DNA of 64,000 nt from a virus: the IMG/VR virus record IMGVR_UViG_3300036772_000367, positions 91,227 through 155,226 of that record; one strand, 5' to 3'. The notes under the pieces are model-generated. The model saw nothing but the letters and a program-made list of their open reading frames with translations, made no database searches and had not been told where the DNA came from. This document shows, piece by piece, positions 46,318 to 56,400 of this stretch. The position numbers and the translations under genes are program-made. How positions within the stretch are numbered: the first letter of the stretch is position 1; each line of letters begins with the position of its first letter.

Positions 46318-47199
46318 GTGGGGGACTCGGTGACCGCCGTGCCGAAGGACCCTGCCATCTCAGAGTTGCGCGAATTGTTCCGCAACCTCTCTGAGCTACG
46401 CATTGCTTACGAGACATCCGGGGTAGAGGAAATTATTTCTCCGCTCGGTAATCGTTGGTCCCTATGGGACATTGACTATCTCTACAAGAAAAGTCAAGAG
46501 CTTCTGACTCCACGGCAGCGGCAAGCCATCAGCTTGTGCCTTGTGCATAACATGCGTGAACGGCAGGCAGCCGAGATTATGGGAGTGTCATCCACTAATC
46601 CCGTGATGATGTATGCCACTCTGGGTATTCGGCGACTGTTGGATATGATCGAGGAAGGCCGCTTCGAACGCTTTCATCGACAAGATTCTCACGTCTACCG
46701 ACAGCAGTTGCAGACGCAGACCATGTTGCGACTCGCCGAGCGAGTTCAGACCTGCCTCCGGATCGAGAAATATACCGATTGCTGGCTGTTTCCCATTCTG
46801 CCGGGACAGCAACCCCGTATCCGGGTGAAGACCCCCACCACGTCCTCAGGCTTCTTGTACGTCGATGTGGTCCGGTTGGTCTACGAGATTGATCAGGGCA
46901 GACTGCCGCAGGACTGCTATCTGGTGCATGTCGCCGAACCACCGAGGCTGGCCTGTGTGCGTCCTGACCACATGGAGGTTCGTCTCAGCGAGAGGCGCAA
47001 GCTCACCAACTCGATGTTGCTCAACTACTACCGCCGATCCGAAAAGGAGAATCATGGGACAACTGCGCAACGGAGTCTTTTTGCCTCTGGAGAAGATCGC
47101 GGACGAGCTGATCTTCGGCAGCTTGCGCGGAATTACCAGTCAGAGCGAGAAGAAGGATATTCTCACGCCATGGAAGGAAATGGATCGGAGGTCGCGTGA
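46318..47199 (+). CDS. Sigma-70 region-4-like regulator fused to a degenerate HNH domain
   Basis: LTPRQRQAI.L.....MRERQAAEIMGVS; C-terminal DCWLF...RLVYE...G.LP....H......CVRPDH. Confidence 0.65.
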   Translation: MGDSVTAVPKDPAISELRELFRNLSELRIAYETSGVEEIISPLGNRWSLWDIDYLYKKSQELLTPRQRQAISLCLVHNMRERQAAEIMGVSSTNPVMMYATLGIRRLLDMIEEGRFERFHRQDSHVYRQQLQTQTMLRLAERVQTCLRIEKYTDCWLFPILPGQQPRIRVKTPTTSSGFLYVDVVRLVYEIDQGRLPQDCYLVHVAEPPRLACVRPDHMEVRLSERRKLTNSMLLNYYRRSEKENHGTTAQRSLFASGEDRGRADLRQLARNYQSEREEGYSHAMEGNGSEVA

Positions 47200-47392
47200 G
47201 GTCATGGCGCGTTCCGGGAGTGTCGATCCAGCTATCCGTAAGGGAATGTTTCATCGCTCAGCCAATCTAGCGAAGCCTTATCTCAACTCCCGTGACGGAG
47301 TCGCTCCGGCGTATCGTCTGATGAACGGTACCGCTGCTCTGGTGGTTTCGGATGAAGGATGGACGCATGACGATGAGGGAGGATGGGACTGA
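47054..47392 (+). CDS. Hypothetical protein
   Basis: AAGGAG RBS. Overlaps the upstream gene by 146 nt. Confidence 0.55.
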   Translation: MGQLRNGVFLPLEKIADELIFGSLRGITSQSEKKDILTPWKEMDRRSREVMARSGSVDPAIRKGMFHRSANLAKPYLNSRDGVAPAYRLMNGTAALVVSDEGWTHDDEGGWD

Positions 47393-48069
47393 TGCCTGCG
47401 GAATTCATTGATGTCGATCCTAGTCTTCGTGCAAACTCATTGGTGCGCATTCGAATCGGCAATCGTGAATACGACGCCAAGTTCTCCAAGACGTGCAAGG
47501 TATGCAATAACCCCGCTCGCATGGAGATCGAGACGTGCTTGATCAAGGGGGATACCTACCGAAGCATCGCTCAGCATTTCTCTGAAGCGCAGTGGACAGG
47601 GCGCGATGGTGGGTTGATAGCGCTGCCAGAGTTGGGCTGGCAACCTATCCGTAATCACTATCTATCCGGCCACATGCCCATGAGTGCGGCGGCTCTGCGA
47701 CACATCGCTGAGGAACGCGCCCAACAGATCGGTGCACAGTACGAGGAAAACACCGCGCGGCTGGTGGATCATTACACCGTAGCCAAGGCCATCGTGCAGC
47801 GTGGCTACGAACGCATGGTGGTCGGTGAGATCGAGCCGGAGATCAAGGACACGATCGCGGCGGCCAAGCTGCTCAAGGAGATCGAGGATACCCAGATCGG
47901 CTCGGTTGACGCCGAGGTCTGGAGCGAGGCCATGATGATCTACTTTGAGACTGCCCAGGAGCTGATGCCGCCACAGATGTGGACGGAGTTCACGCGCAAG
48001 CTGGGAGCCAACCCAGTCCTGCGTGGACTGGCACAGAAGATGCAGCAGCACGCTGCGATCGAGGGATGA
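47383..48069 (+). CDS. Putative terminase small subunit / DNA-binding protein
   Basis: CKVC plus HTH-like YRSIA..., IRNH; upstream of the large terminase. Confidence 0.5.
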   Translation: MGLMPAEFIDVDPSLRANSLVRIRIGNREYDAKFSKTCKVCNNPARMEIETCLIKGDTYRSIAQHFSEAQWTGRDGGLIALPELGWQPIRNHYLSGHMPMSAAALRHIAEERAQQIGAQYEENTARLVDHYTVAKAIVQRGYERMVVGEIEPEIKDTIAAAKLLKEIEDTQIGSVDAEVWSEAMMIYFETAQELMPPQMWTEFTRKLGANPVLRGLAQKMQQHAAIEG

Positions 48070-48070
48070 C

Positions 48071-48445
48071 GTGGAACTGGAACTGAATGACTCGGAGATC
48101 CTGGCGATCGAACGAGGGCCCCTGGCTTATGCCCAGAAGCACCAGGGGTCGCACCGAGACCTGGAAAACTTCCGGCGCGCCATCGTCGCTCAGTTCGGTG
48201 AGATCGGCTTCCAGGCCAACGTGTTGTGCTTCGAGACCGACCAGCCTGGTTGCTACGCCTTCGAGTTCGAGATCATCGGCCGTACGCCGGGTAGCCGATC
48301 CTTCGATCCAGACCGGCAGGTGCACGAAGTAGTCAACAACGTCTTGGAACTACCCGACCAGGATGGCGGCTGGGTCAAGACAGACAAGGCTATGCTGGAT
48401 GATCTGGCGTCTGGCAACACGCGAGGTCGAGGACACCAGCATTGA
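48071..48445 (+). CDS. Hypothetical protein
   Basis: RBS and codon bias. Confidence 0.6.
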   Translation: MELELNDSEILAIERGPLAYAQKHQGSHRDLENFRRAIVAQFGEIGFQANVLCFETDQPGCYAFEFEIIGRTPGSRSFDPDRQVHEVVNNVLELPDQDGGWVKTDKAMLDDLASGNTRGRGHQH

Positions 48446-48648
48446 AATTCGATCCGGTAACAGATCACTATGTCACGGGGTGGTTCGTTGAACTCCCACA
48501 TCTAGAGTCTGTGCAGACGCTGAAGGTGAACGGCAGACTGCTGCGAGAGATGATCGTGGCAGCCTGGTGGACCGATGAACCTCGTCGAGATCCGGCCATC
48601 GGCGGCAGACGTCACGCCGCCCTGATCACCCGAACCATCGAGGTCTGA
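48442..48648 (+). CDS. Hypothetical protein
   Basis: Overlaps both neighbours. Confidence 0.45.
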   Translation: MKFDPVTDHYVTGWFVELPHLESVQTLKVNGRLLREMIVAAWWTDEPRRDPAIGGRRHAALITRTIEV

Positions 48649-50669
48649 TGCCTGCGCGCCGGAACGGCCCTCCTCCCACGTTCCTCGGTCCTACGGACTT
48701 CGACGTGCTGTGTGGGTTGCCGGTGCCTGATCCGATCACCTTTGTGGTCAGTCCATTGTGGTTGAACCGTTCCAACTTGTATCCCCGCCAGGCCACCCTG
48801 CTCAAGGTGGTCTTCCTGCGGGAAGACCTGTTCACCGAGTATGACTATGACGTCGTTCAGGAATGGGAAGTCTCCTTCCGGCAGTCCGGCGAAAACGGCA
48901 TCACTCCTAATATCCTGGAGCGAATGCGGTACCTGAAAGCAGAGGGTTATTCACACTTCCGCGAAGTATTGCTCATCATGGGTCGTCGTGGCAGCAAGGG
49001 CTACGTCTCGGCGTTGTGTATGGTCTATGTGTTGTGGCAGTACATGGCTAAAGGTGATCCCCAGGGTTTTTATGGTGTCGACCGGGACAAGCAGCTTGCT
49101 TGCTACGTCTATGCCGGCAAGAAGGAGCAAGCCCGCGAGAACCTGTGGAAAGACCTCGTCAACGTCATCATGGGGGCACCCTGCTTCGAGAAGTACATCT
49201 CCCGGCCGATGGGCGAGTCGCTGTCTGTCTATGCTCCGCACGACTTCGTCCGGAAGATGAAGCAGGAACAGCGTGGCGTCCGGACGGCGATGGATACGGC
49301 GACCTTCACGATCCAGCCAAAAGAATCAACGTTGATGTCCGGTCGTGGACCTACTTCCTATTGTCAAGCCTACGACGAGATGGCGCACCTTGTCTCCGCG
49401 ACGGGTGCGTCACGTTCCGCCGAAGAGGTCTACGAAGCCGCCACCCCGGCCCTCGACCAGTTCAAGCAGGATGCTTTCATCATCGAGCCATCCAGCCCCT
49501 GGCAGATGACAGGTCAGTTCTACCAGAACTGGGTCAACTCACTGTTGATCGAGGACGGCAAGCCGGTCTACCCCGAGATGATGATGCTCCAGCTCACCTC
49601 GTGGGAGATTTACCTGGACTGGCAAGAAGCACATCTGTTGCCACTGTTCCCCGAGGACTTCCAGGGAGACCTGAAGGAGTACGTCGATGCTCCGCTACCG
49701 ATGCTGCCCAAGTTGAAGCTGGCCATCCAGGAGTACGACGAGGCTATGCAGCGGCTGGAGCGCTCCAACCCCGAAACCTTCAGTGTGGAGCGCCGATCCA
49801 GGTGGCAGGCGGTGGTGGACGCCTACCTCAACAAGGCCAAGGTCGCGGAGATGTTCGCACCCTGGAACGGCAAGACCCTCACCATGCAGACGACCGGCCT
49901 TCTGACGAACTTCTACAAGGGACACGCCGACCCCTCCTTGGTCAACGCCAACTTCGGTATCGCCATCGCGCACCCGGAGAAGGACGACCAGGGCATCACA
50001 CACTGCGTGTTCGACTACATCCACCACTACGAGCCCTCGAACTGGGAAGACGGCATTGTCGACTACATCGAGGTCGGCGATGATATCTGGCGATTGATCG
50101 AGGGATTCAAACCCGATGAGTTCACCTACGACCAGTGGAATTCTGCCGAGGCTATTCAACGGATCAACAAGAAGATCCGCGAAGCTAATTTCCCCAAGCG
50201 CGTCATGGTGTACGAGAAGACCGCCTCGGTGAAGCACAACTGGGAACGGGCGGAATGCTTCAAGGTCGGGCTGAACTTGGGCTGGATCCACGCACCGCTG
50301 TACGAGCAGGCCGAGCTGGAGCTGCGGTATCTTCAGCTCAAGAACGGCAAAGTGGAAAAACAGGACACTGGCCCTATTCAGACCAAAGACGTCGCGGACT
50401 GCCTGATGGAGACCGTCTGGACCATCCTCGGTGAACAGGTTCACCAGTGGACCCACGGAGCCCTGTCCCAGCTCTCTCCCTCCGGTTCGGTGTCGGGTGG
50501 CTTCGACCCGCATACCCGTGAGTACGAGGCACCTGTGCTGGGACAGGAGCTATCCAACCTCGGCCGCCGCAACGTCGGCAAGACTTCTACCATTCGAGGT
50601 GGAGGACTCAACCCCGCACGAAACCCGCTAGCTGGGACCACTCGGCGTGGCTTGTCCCGACGTCGCTGA
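48648..50669 (+). CDS. terL: Terminase large subunit
   Basis: LYPRQ, Walker A GRRGSKG, Walker B YDEMAH, SSP coupling motif, nuclease HADPS...YDQWNS...KDVAD. Confidence 0.88.
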   Translation: MPARRNGPPPTFLGPTDFDVLCGLPVPDPITFVVSPLWLNRSNLYPRQATLLKVVFLREDLFTEYDYDVVQEWEVSFRQSGENGITPNILERMRYLKAEGYSHFREVLLIMGRRGSKGYVSALCMVYVLWQYMAKGDPQGFYGVDRDKQLACYVYAGKKEQARENLWKDLVNVIMGAPCFEKYISRPMGESLSVYAPHDFVRKMKQEQRGVRTAMDTATFTIQPKESTLMSGRGPTSYCQAYDEMAHLVSATGASRSAEEVYEAATPALDQFKQDAFIIEPSSPWQMTGQFYQNWVNSLLIEDGKPVYPEMMMLQLTSWEIYLDWQEAHLLPLFPEDFQGDLKEYVDAPLPMLPKLKLAIQEYDEAMQRLERSNPETFSVERRSRWQAVVDAYLNKAKVAEMFAPWNGKTLTMQTTGLLTNFYKGHADPSLVNANFGIAIAHPEKDDQGITHCVFDYIHHYEPSNWEDGIVDYIEVGDDIWRLIEGFKPDEFTYDQWNSAEAIQRINKKIREANFPKRVMVYEKTASVKHNWERAECFKVGLNLGWIHAPLYEQAELELRYLQLKNGKVEKQDTGPIQTKDVADCLMETVWTILGEQVHQWTHGALSQLSPSGSVSGGFDPHTREYEAPVLGQELSNLGRRNVGKTSTIRGGGLNPARNPLAGTTRRGLSRRR

Positions 50670-50764
50670 AACGATCAAGAGATGGTGGGGAGAGTCACTC
50701 GTTTTCTGCGGACAGAGTAGCTATACTGATCGTAGAAGCCCACCTGATCGCACCGGAGGTCATC

Positions 50765-51145
50765 ATGAGCAACTGGCTCACCCGTCACACGCCCGCCGCG
50801 CCCGGCGTCGGCCCGCGCCAGCCCAGTCGGTACAACCGCACTTTCAAGGTCTTCAACGGCATCGTGACGGCCATCATGTCGTTCCTGCTGCTCGCGGCAT
50901 TGCCGGCGGCGCACACACCGCCGTGGTTCCTGGCGCTGGCGTGGCCGGTCGTCATCATCGGCTGGGTCGTGATCATCGTGGATTCCATCCACGTGCACCC
51001 GGCCGAGTGGCGTCTGGTCACGGACAGCGTGCTGGGGACGATGATCTTCTTCCTGGTTCGCGCGGTCTTCCGGCACGTCGAGAAGGAGCACAACGAGCAC
51101 CTGGCCGACGCCATCGTGGGTGCCCAGAAGCGCGCGGGGATGTGA
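50765..51145 (+). CDS. Membrane protein (3 TM)
   Basis: Hydrophobic helices; GCACCGGAGG start motif. Confidence 0.65.
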   Translation: MSNWLTRHTPAAPGVGPRQPSRYNRTFKVFNGIVTAIMSFLLLAALPAAHTPPWFLALAWPVVIIGWVVIIVDSIHVHPAEWRLVTDSVLGTMIFFLVRAVFRHVEKEHNEHLADAIVGAQKRAGM

Positions 51146-51150
51146 TCGAC

Positions 51151-51327
51151 ATGGCATTCGTTCAGAAATACTCAGTCGTGCCAGACGGTGTAGATGACAA
51201 CGGTAAGACCACCTACTCCGTCAGGAAGACCAGAGGCGGTTTCGTCGGAGAGCGAAGAGTGACTAGGAGCAAGGCCAATGCCGCCGCGCGTGCCCTGGAG
51301 ATGGCAGCCCTTCCCAAGAAGAAGTGA
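51151..51327 (+). CDS. Small basic protein
   Basis: MAFVQKYSVV...PKKK; fills the gap. Confidence 0.45.
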   Translation: MAFVQKYSVVPDGVDDNGKTTYSVRKTRGGFVGERRVTRSKANAAARALEMAALPKKK

Positions 51328-51413
51328 CCTGAACTGCCTGTGCTTTCCTGGCAGCGACCCCTTCAAGTGATGAAGGGGTCGCTGCCGTATCGGTACCGAG
51401 GGAGCATTATCGA

Positions 51414-53477
51414 ATGACTCGGTTTAAGGTCGAACGGTTCCCTCGCGGCTCCGAGACGGAGAAGCTGCATATTCTGCACCCGCAGGAAGGTTCGATCGGC
51501 TCTCTTCAGTACGTCCGGCATCCTGATCACCTCCAGGTCGAGATGCTGAGCGTGAAGCGCGAGCACCAGGGCCATGGGTACGCCAGCCAGCTCATGGATG
51601 AACTTCAGCGGCGCAATCCGGGTGTTCCCCTCGATCATGGTGAGCGCACCGACCCCGGTCAGGACTGGTGGGATTCCTACTCGCAGGGCAAGGACGTCGC
51701 CCACGGCCGTACGATGGCAGCCCTCGGTGCTGCGGTGAACATCTCGTGGGATCACCAAGACGAGGATCCTGCGACATGGAGTGAGGATTACCAGCGTACC
51801 GCGCGAGACCGTCCCCACGGGCTTGCTGTCAACCAAGCCCAAGAGGCTGCTCGGCGCCAGGTCCCCACCATGAACATGAACCTGGGGTCACCCAACGATG
51901 CGACTCACGCTGTCCAGCACATGATGCGGCGAGGTGGTCATCCAGATGCCGACGAAGCCTTCGTCATGAAGCACCCTCATCTTGAATGGGGACAGTCGCA
52001 GGCGTTCGTCAGTGACGGACAACCGGGTATCGCTCTACACCCGAGCCGGTGGGACTACGGCACCGCCGCGCACGAGGTGGCGCATCATTTGCACGAACAC
52101 GAACTCGGTCATCATCCGACCAGTGATGAAGAGGCACACGGGCCCGACTTCGTCCGGCACTATCAGAATGTTCTAGGCGACTTTGGACGCGATGCTGCCC
52201 AGATACTGGGAGATACTTACCACGACTCTCTTCGGCGACTTCAGCACGAAGGTATACTTCGTGCTGCTGGTTATTCGGATTACATAAAAGATGCGTGGAA
52301 TCGACGTGCTGAGCAGTATCCAGATGATGCTGATTCCTATCGAGAGCGCGCTCAGCGTGAGCACGATTATGAGAGCAGTTTGCCTGGACACCATGTTGGT
52401 GATTCTTGGGAACGGCCGGAAATCGGTTGGGTACGCACTGAGGAAATGGGCCGGTTTCGGGAACATGCTGGAACTCAGCATAGTCAGAGTCGCGCGGCTG
52501 TCGATGCTTTGGCTGATGACTTTCGTGATGGCGTCGGTTGGCACGCTCCATTGCATTTGTACTATAATGCCGGCACACAACGAGCTTCCCTAGGAGAAGG
52601 TAATCATCGCCTGAAGGCTGCTGAAGAAGCCGGAGTGTCGCATGTGCCGGTCATCATGCACCCGCACACTCGGTATGGCGGGGATATGCCCTCAGGTGGA
52701 TTTATGCCTCTAGCAGAGCGCAAACCACCCCCTCCTTCAACGGATGCCTACCATCCCTCTCACGTGGTGCCGGCACGGTGGATGCACGGTTATGATCCAA
52801 GCGCCACATATGCCTTCCTGCGTCAGGCGAGTAAGTGGACTTTTGAGCATTTTCAACCGGGATCCATGAGCCACCGAATGTTCGGCGGCCCGTCAGAGGA
52901 TCCACGTCGGCACATGGTCGAGTACGACGTGCGTCCGGAGCAGAAGATCAAGTTTGGTGCTCCGGATAGCTTCGGTGGCTTCGGCCGTGTTGAACGCAAG
53001 GGCGGTCCTGAAGTCGTTCAGCGGATGCGAGAGGCTATCTTCGCCCAACACCCCGGACACACCGAATGGACTCCGCAGGACGAGCCTCAGACCCGAGCAC
53101 CACGCAAGCCTCGGGTGTACTACCACGGCACCACCGTCCCGGACGTGACGCACGTGCTGCCGGCCAACGAACATGGTCAGGGTGTGGTTTTTCCCCATGT
53201 GACCGACCCCGACTACGCCTACGCTACGAGTGACCACGGCGATGCGTGGAACTACGCCGAGAAGGCATGGAGCGCTTCGGCCCACGGTCGACCTCGGGTC
53301 TACCAAGTCAAGCCCATCGGCGGGACTCGACACGTAGAGACCGATCCGCATGATGATCAGTATGGTCAATCGCGGGGCAACTACGAGAACGATTATCGTT
53401 CTCCGCATGGTTGGCAAGTCGTGAAGGAAATGCCCTTCCCGAAGCACATGGGTGACCCGAAGGACTGGGAAAACTAA
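51414..53477 (+). CDS. Polyvalent protein: GNAT + zincin (HExxH) + ParB-like + Arr-type ADP-ribosyltransferase
   Basis: VKREHQGHGYAS (GNAT motif A); HEVAHH...HGPDF; GEGNHRL.AA...VPV; YYHGT...YAT...RPRVYQVKP.G..E.DP. Confidence 0.75.
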   Translation: MTRFKVERFPRGSETEKLHILHPQEGSIGSLQYVRHPDHLQVEMLSVKREHQGHGYASQLMDELQRRNPGVPLDHGERTDPGQDWWDSYSQGKDVAHGRTMAALGAAVNISWDHQDEDPATWSEDYQRTARDRPHGLAVNQAQEAARRQVPTMNMNLGSPNDATHAVQHMMRRGGHPDADEAFVMKHPHLEWGQSQAFVSDGQPGIALHPSRWDYGTAAHEVAHHLHEHELGHHPTSDEEAHGPDFVRHYQNVLGDFGRDAAQILGDTYHDSLRRLQHEGILRAAGYSDYIKDAWNRRAEQYPDDADSYRERAQREHDYESSLPGHHVGDSWERPEIGWVRTEEMGRFREHAGTQHSQSRAAVDALADDFRDGVGWHAPLHLYYNAGTQRASLGEGNHRLKAAEEAGVSHVPVIMHPHTRYGGDMPSGGFMPLAERKPPPPSTDAYHPSHVVPARWMHGYDPSATYAFLRQASKWTFEHFQPGSMSHRMFGGPSEDPRRHMVEYDVRPEQKIKFGAPDSFGGFGRVERKGGPEVVQRMREAIFAQHPGHTEWTPQDEPQTRAPRKPRVYYHGTTVPDVTHVLPANEHGQGVVFPHVTDPDYAYATSDHGDAWNYAEKAWSASAHGRPRVYQVKPIGGTRHVETDPHDDQYGQSRGNYENDYRSPHGWQVVKEMPFPKHMGDPKDWEN

Positions 53478-56400
53478 TGAACAACATCGCCGAGGGTCAC
53501 GGTGTCCCCCATCTTTATGTGCAGGGCGATCCCTACCAGTTTGACTACGCTCGCAACACAGAGAAGGCTCCGCGTACTCAGGGATTTGGTCAAGATATCG
53601 AACCGCATGGTCGGTATCTCACTGCCCACCATCCTCACGGCAATTACGGTGATCGATGGGAATTTGGTACCCATACCTTCAGCCAACCTTTGCACATGTC
53701 TTTCGGTGGTAACTATGGAACCGAGAGCAACTGGAAGAATCGACTTTCAGCTCAGTACGATGGCAAGAAGGGGAAGCCGCTATCTCGTGCGCTGTTGAAG
53801 GACGGTTATGACGGTATCGTCACTCACGACGAAGACGGTCCGCGTGAGATCGTGGACTTGAGTCCGCTGCGGAAACAAGCAGATCTATCGCCGTTCACGT
53901 TTTCACATGAGGAAACGCAGACCGGTGGGATGAAGCATCCGAGGCAAGTAGATCTGCACGCACATCATCCGGACTCGGCCGAGCCAGTGGGAACGTTGCG
54001 ATACTTCCCACCCAAGCGGCGCGGTGGTGTCATGGATGTCGACAACATCACTACCCACCACCCTGGGGCTGGTTCGGCCCTGCTCAACGAGATGGAAACG
54101 CGCCATCCCGGTTCGCGCACCAACTTCCTGTGGAGCGTCAAGCGCAACAACAACAATCCCGATGTCACCGGGCATGGTGCAGGTAATGCTGGTAAGCCCA
54201 CCGACTGGGACGCCATCCATCCCACTCTCGCGCCGGAGGTCCATCGGGGGCTTACCTTGACACTGCCCTCGCACTCGGCGCGCGTCGTGAACTCGGCGGC
54301 ACCGAAGCACGAGCATCTCGCCGAGCTGAACTCCGCCCTGGCTCATTCTTCGCTAGGTACCCACTGGACTGAGAATGAGCGATCCGCTCGGCAGTTCGCG
54401 CAGAATGCCGTTTCTGACTACCGCACCGACGTTCCGGTAGTGGTGCACGCCAAGACACCTGCTATCAAGGATCTGGAGACCCGCCAGAACGAGTTGTACC
54501 GAGGTGGCGTCTTTCCCTACGGAGATAGCCATAGCCCAGAGAACGAGGTTCCGATCCGGAAGAATCGCACTGTCGCCGTCACCGGCATCTCCTGGCGCCC
54601 GGACGCGGTCCACCCTGATGCCGACGAGAACGGCTGGGTTCATCACGCCTACGACGAGCCGATGCAGCACAGGGCCAAGCGATTTGCTCCGACGCAACGG
54701 CTGTTCGGTCCCACGCAGGGATTGGATCATCGACTATTTGATGGTGATCACTTGAAGTCGGACGTGCGGGACTACATCCTGACCACGCTCGGAGGCTTCT
54801 GGAATCCGTTGTATGGCGACGGCTGGGTGGGTTGGTCCAAGGTCTACTTCGCCGGGTCCGAGGCGTCGGAGTGGACGAGCCCAGAACTGGAGGGCAACAA
54901 CGACTTCGACGTGCTGATCGGAGTCAACTACGACGAGGCCCGCAAGGACGTGCCGGGGTTCCGCACGATGAGTGATCAGGAGATCACCGACCTGTTGAAC
55001 AAGCAGCTCCGTGTCCTGGATGAGCAGACGGCGTTTGTCTGGATTCCAGTCAGCAATGAGACTGTAAACTATGATTCATGGGAAAACCCGGACGTAAACG
55101 ATCAAGACCTGACGAAGTCTATGACGAACTCGTCCGTCTCTATGTCGAAGAGGACTGGACAGCGACTGCCATCGCAAAATATCTTGGATTCGAAACAAGC
55201 AATGTCTGCTACCACTTGGAACGAGCAGGAATCTCTCGAAGTCAATCCCGTGGGAAAGACACGCCTCGGAAGCCTCCCAGAACGAAATGCAAGAATTGTG
55301 GAGAGGCGGTCAACTTCTCCAGTTCATATGAGTCATCAGCAGCAAAATCCGGGCGATGTCCAGCATGTCAGGCGTTCTATCTACGAGACCGTCATTTACG
55401 AGTCAACTACGGGATCACGACACAGCAGTTTGACTCCATCCTTGCCGAGCAAGGTGGAGGATGTGGGATATGCGGACGGAATGACATTCGATTCGCAATC
55501 GACCATGACCACCGCTGCTGTCCAGGGAAACGAACGTGCGGAAAATGCCTCAGAGGGATTCTTTGCACTCGCTGCAACCAAGCGATCGCCTATCTCGGTG
55601 AAACCAATCTTCATGCCGCAAGCGGCTGGGTGGACCGTCGAATCACCGCCTCCAGCGCCTGATGGTTGGAACTATATTGGTCCGTTCAATGGGACTTTCT
55701 ACGTCAACCACGACTCCTGGGACATCCGCCGGATCAAGCCGTACGCGGCCTACGACGTCACCGATGACCAGTGGGCTGTGAAGCCCCCTCATCTGCCCGC
55801 CTGGGGTCTGAAGGACTTCCCCGAGGGCAAAGCTCTGGAGCAGGAAGCGCGAGCCGTCTCCGCCTATGTCAGGGCTGTTCTCGCTCTACCGGAGCCCTAT
55901 CGGTCTCAGCAGGGTTACGCGCTGTGGAACCACTTGCACTCCGACCGGTCGCGTGCCTTCAGCGACCAGGGCGAGGGCTGGTGGGATCCCGGGAACGTCC
56001 TGGAGAAGTGGTTGGACCAGGAAGGTCTATGGGACCAGCTGGTCAAGGTCATGGTGGACGTCCGTGCTCACCCGGAGAAGTTGAACTCCCCCTCGGATTG
56101 GTCGAATCTGCCCAAGACCGCCATGCCGTGGCATTTTCAGCATGGCGAAACGGCTCGCGATCACCCAGAGATTAAGTCTGTGCGGCATGCGGGTTTCGCA
56201 GGTTATGTCGGAGAAAGTCCTGAGCGTCAGGAAGACTACGGCTACGAGAAGCCCGAGCATGAGTTCGACGAGGATGCCTGGAACGATGTCTCTCCTGAAC
56301 CGACGCACGAGGAGCGACAGCACTACGACGAGCACGACGACTATCCGGAGTCCTATCACGATCGACACGATCGTGCCTACCAGGAACACGTTGATCGCAA

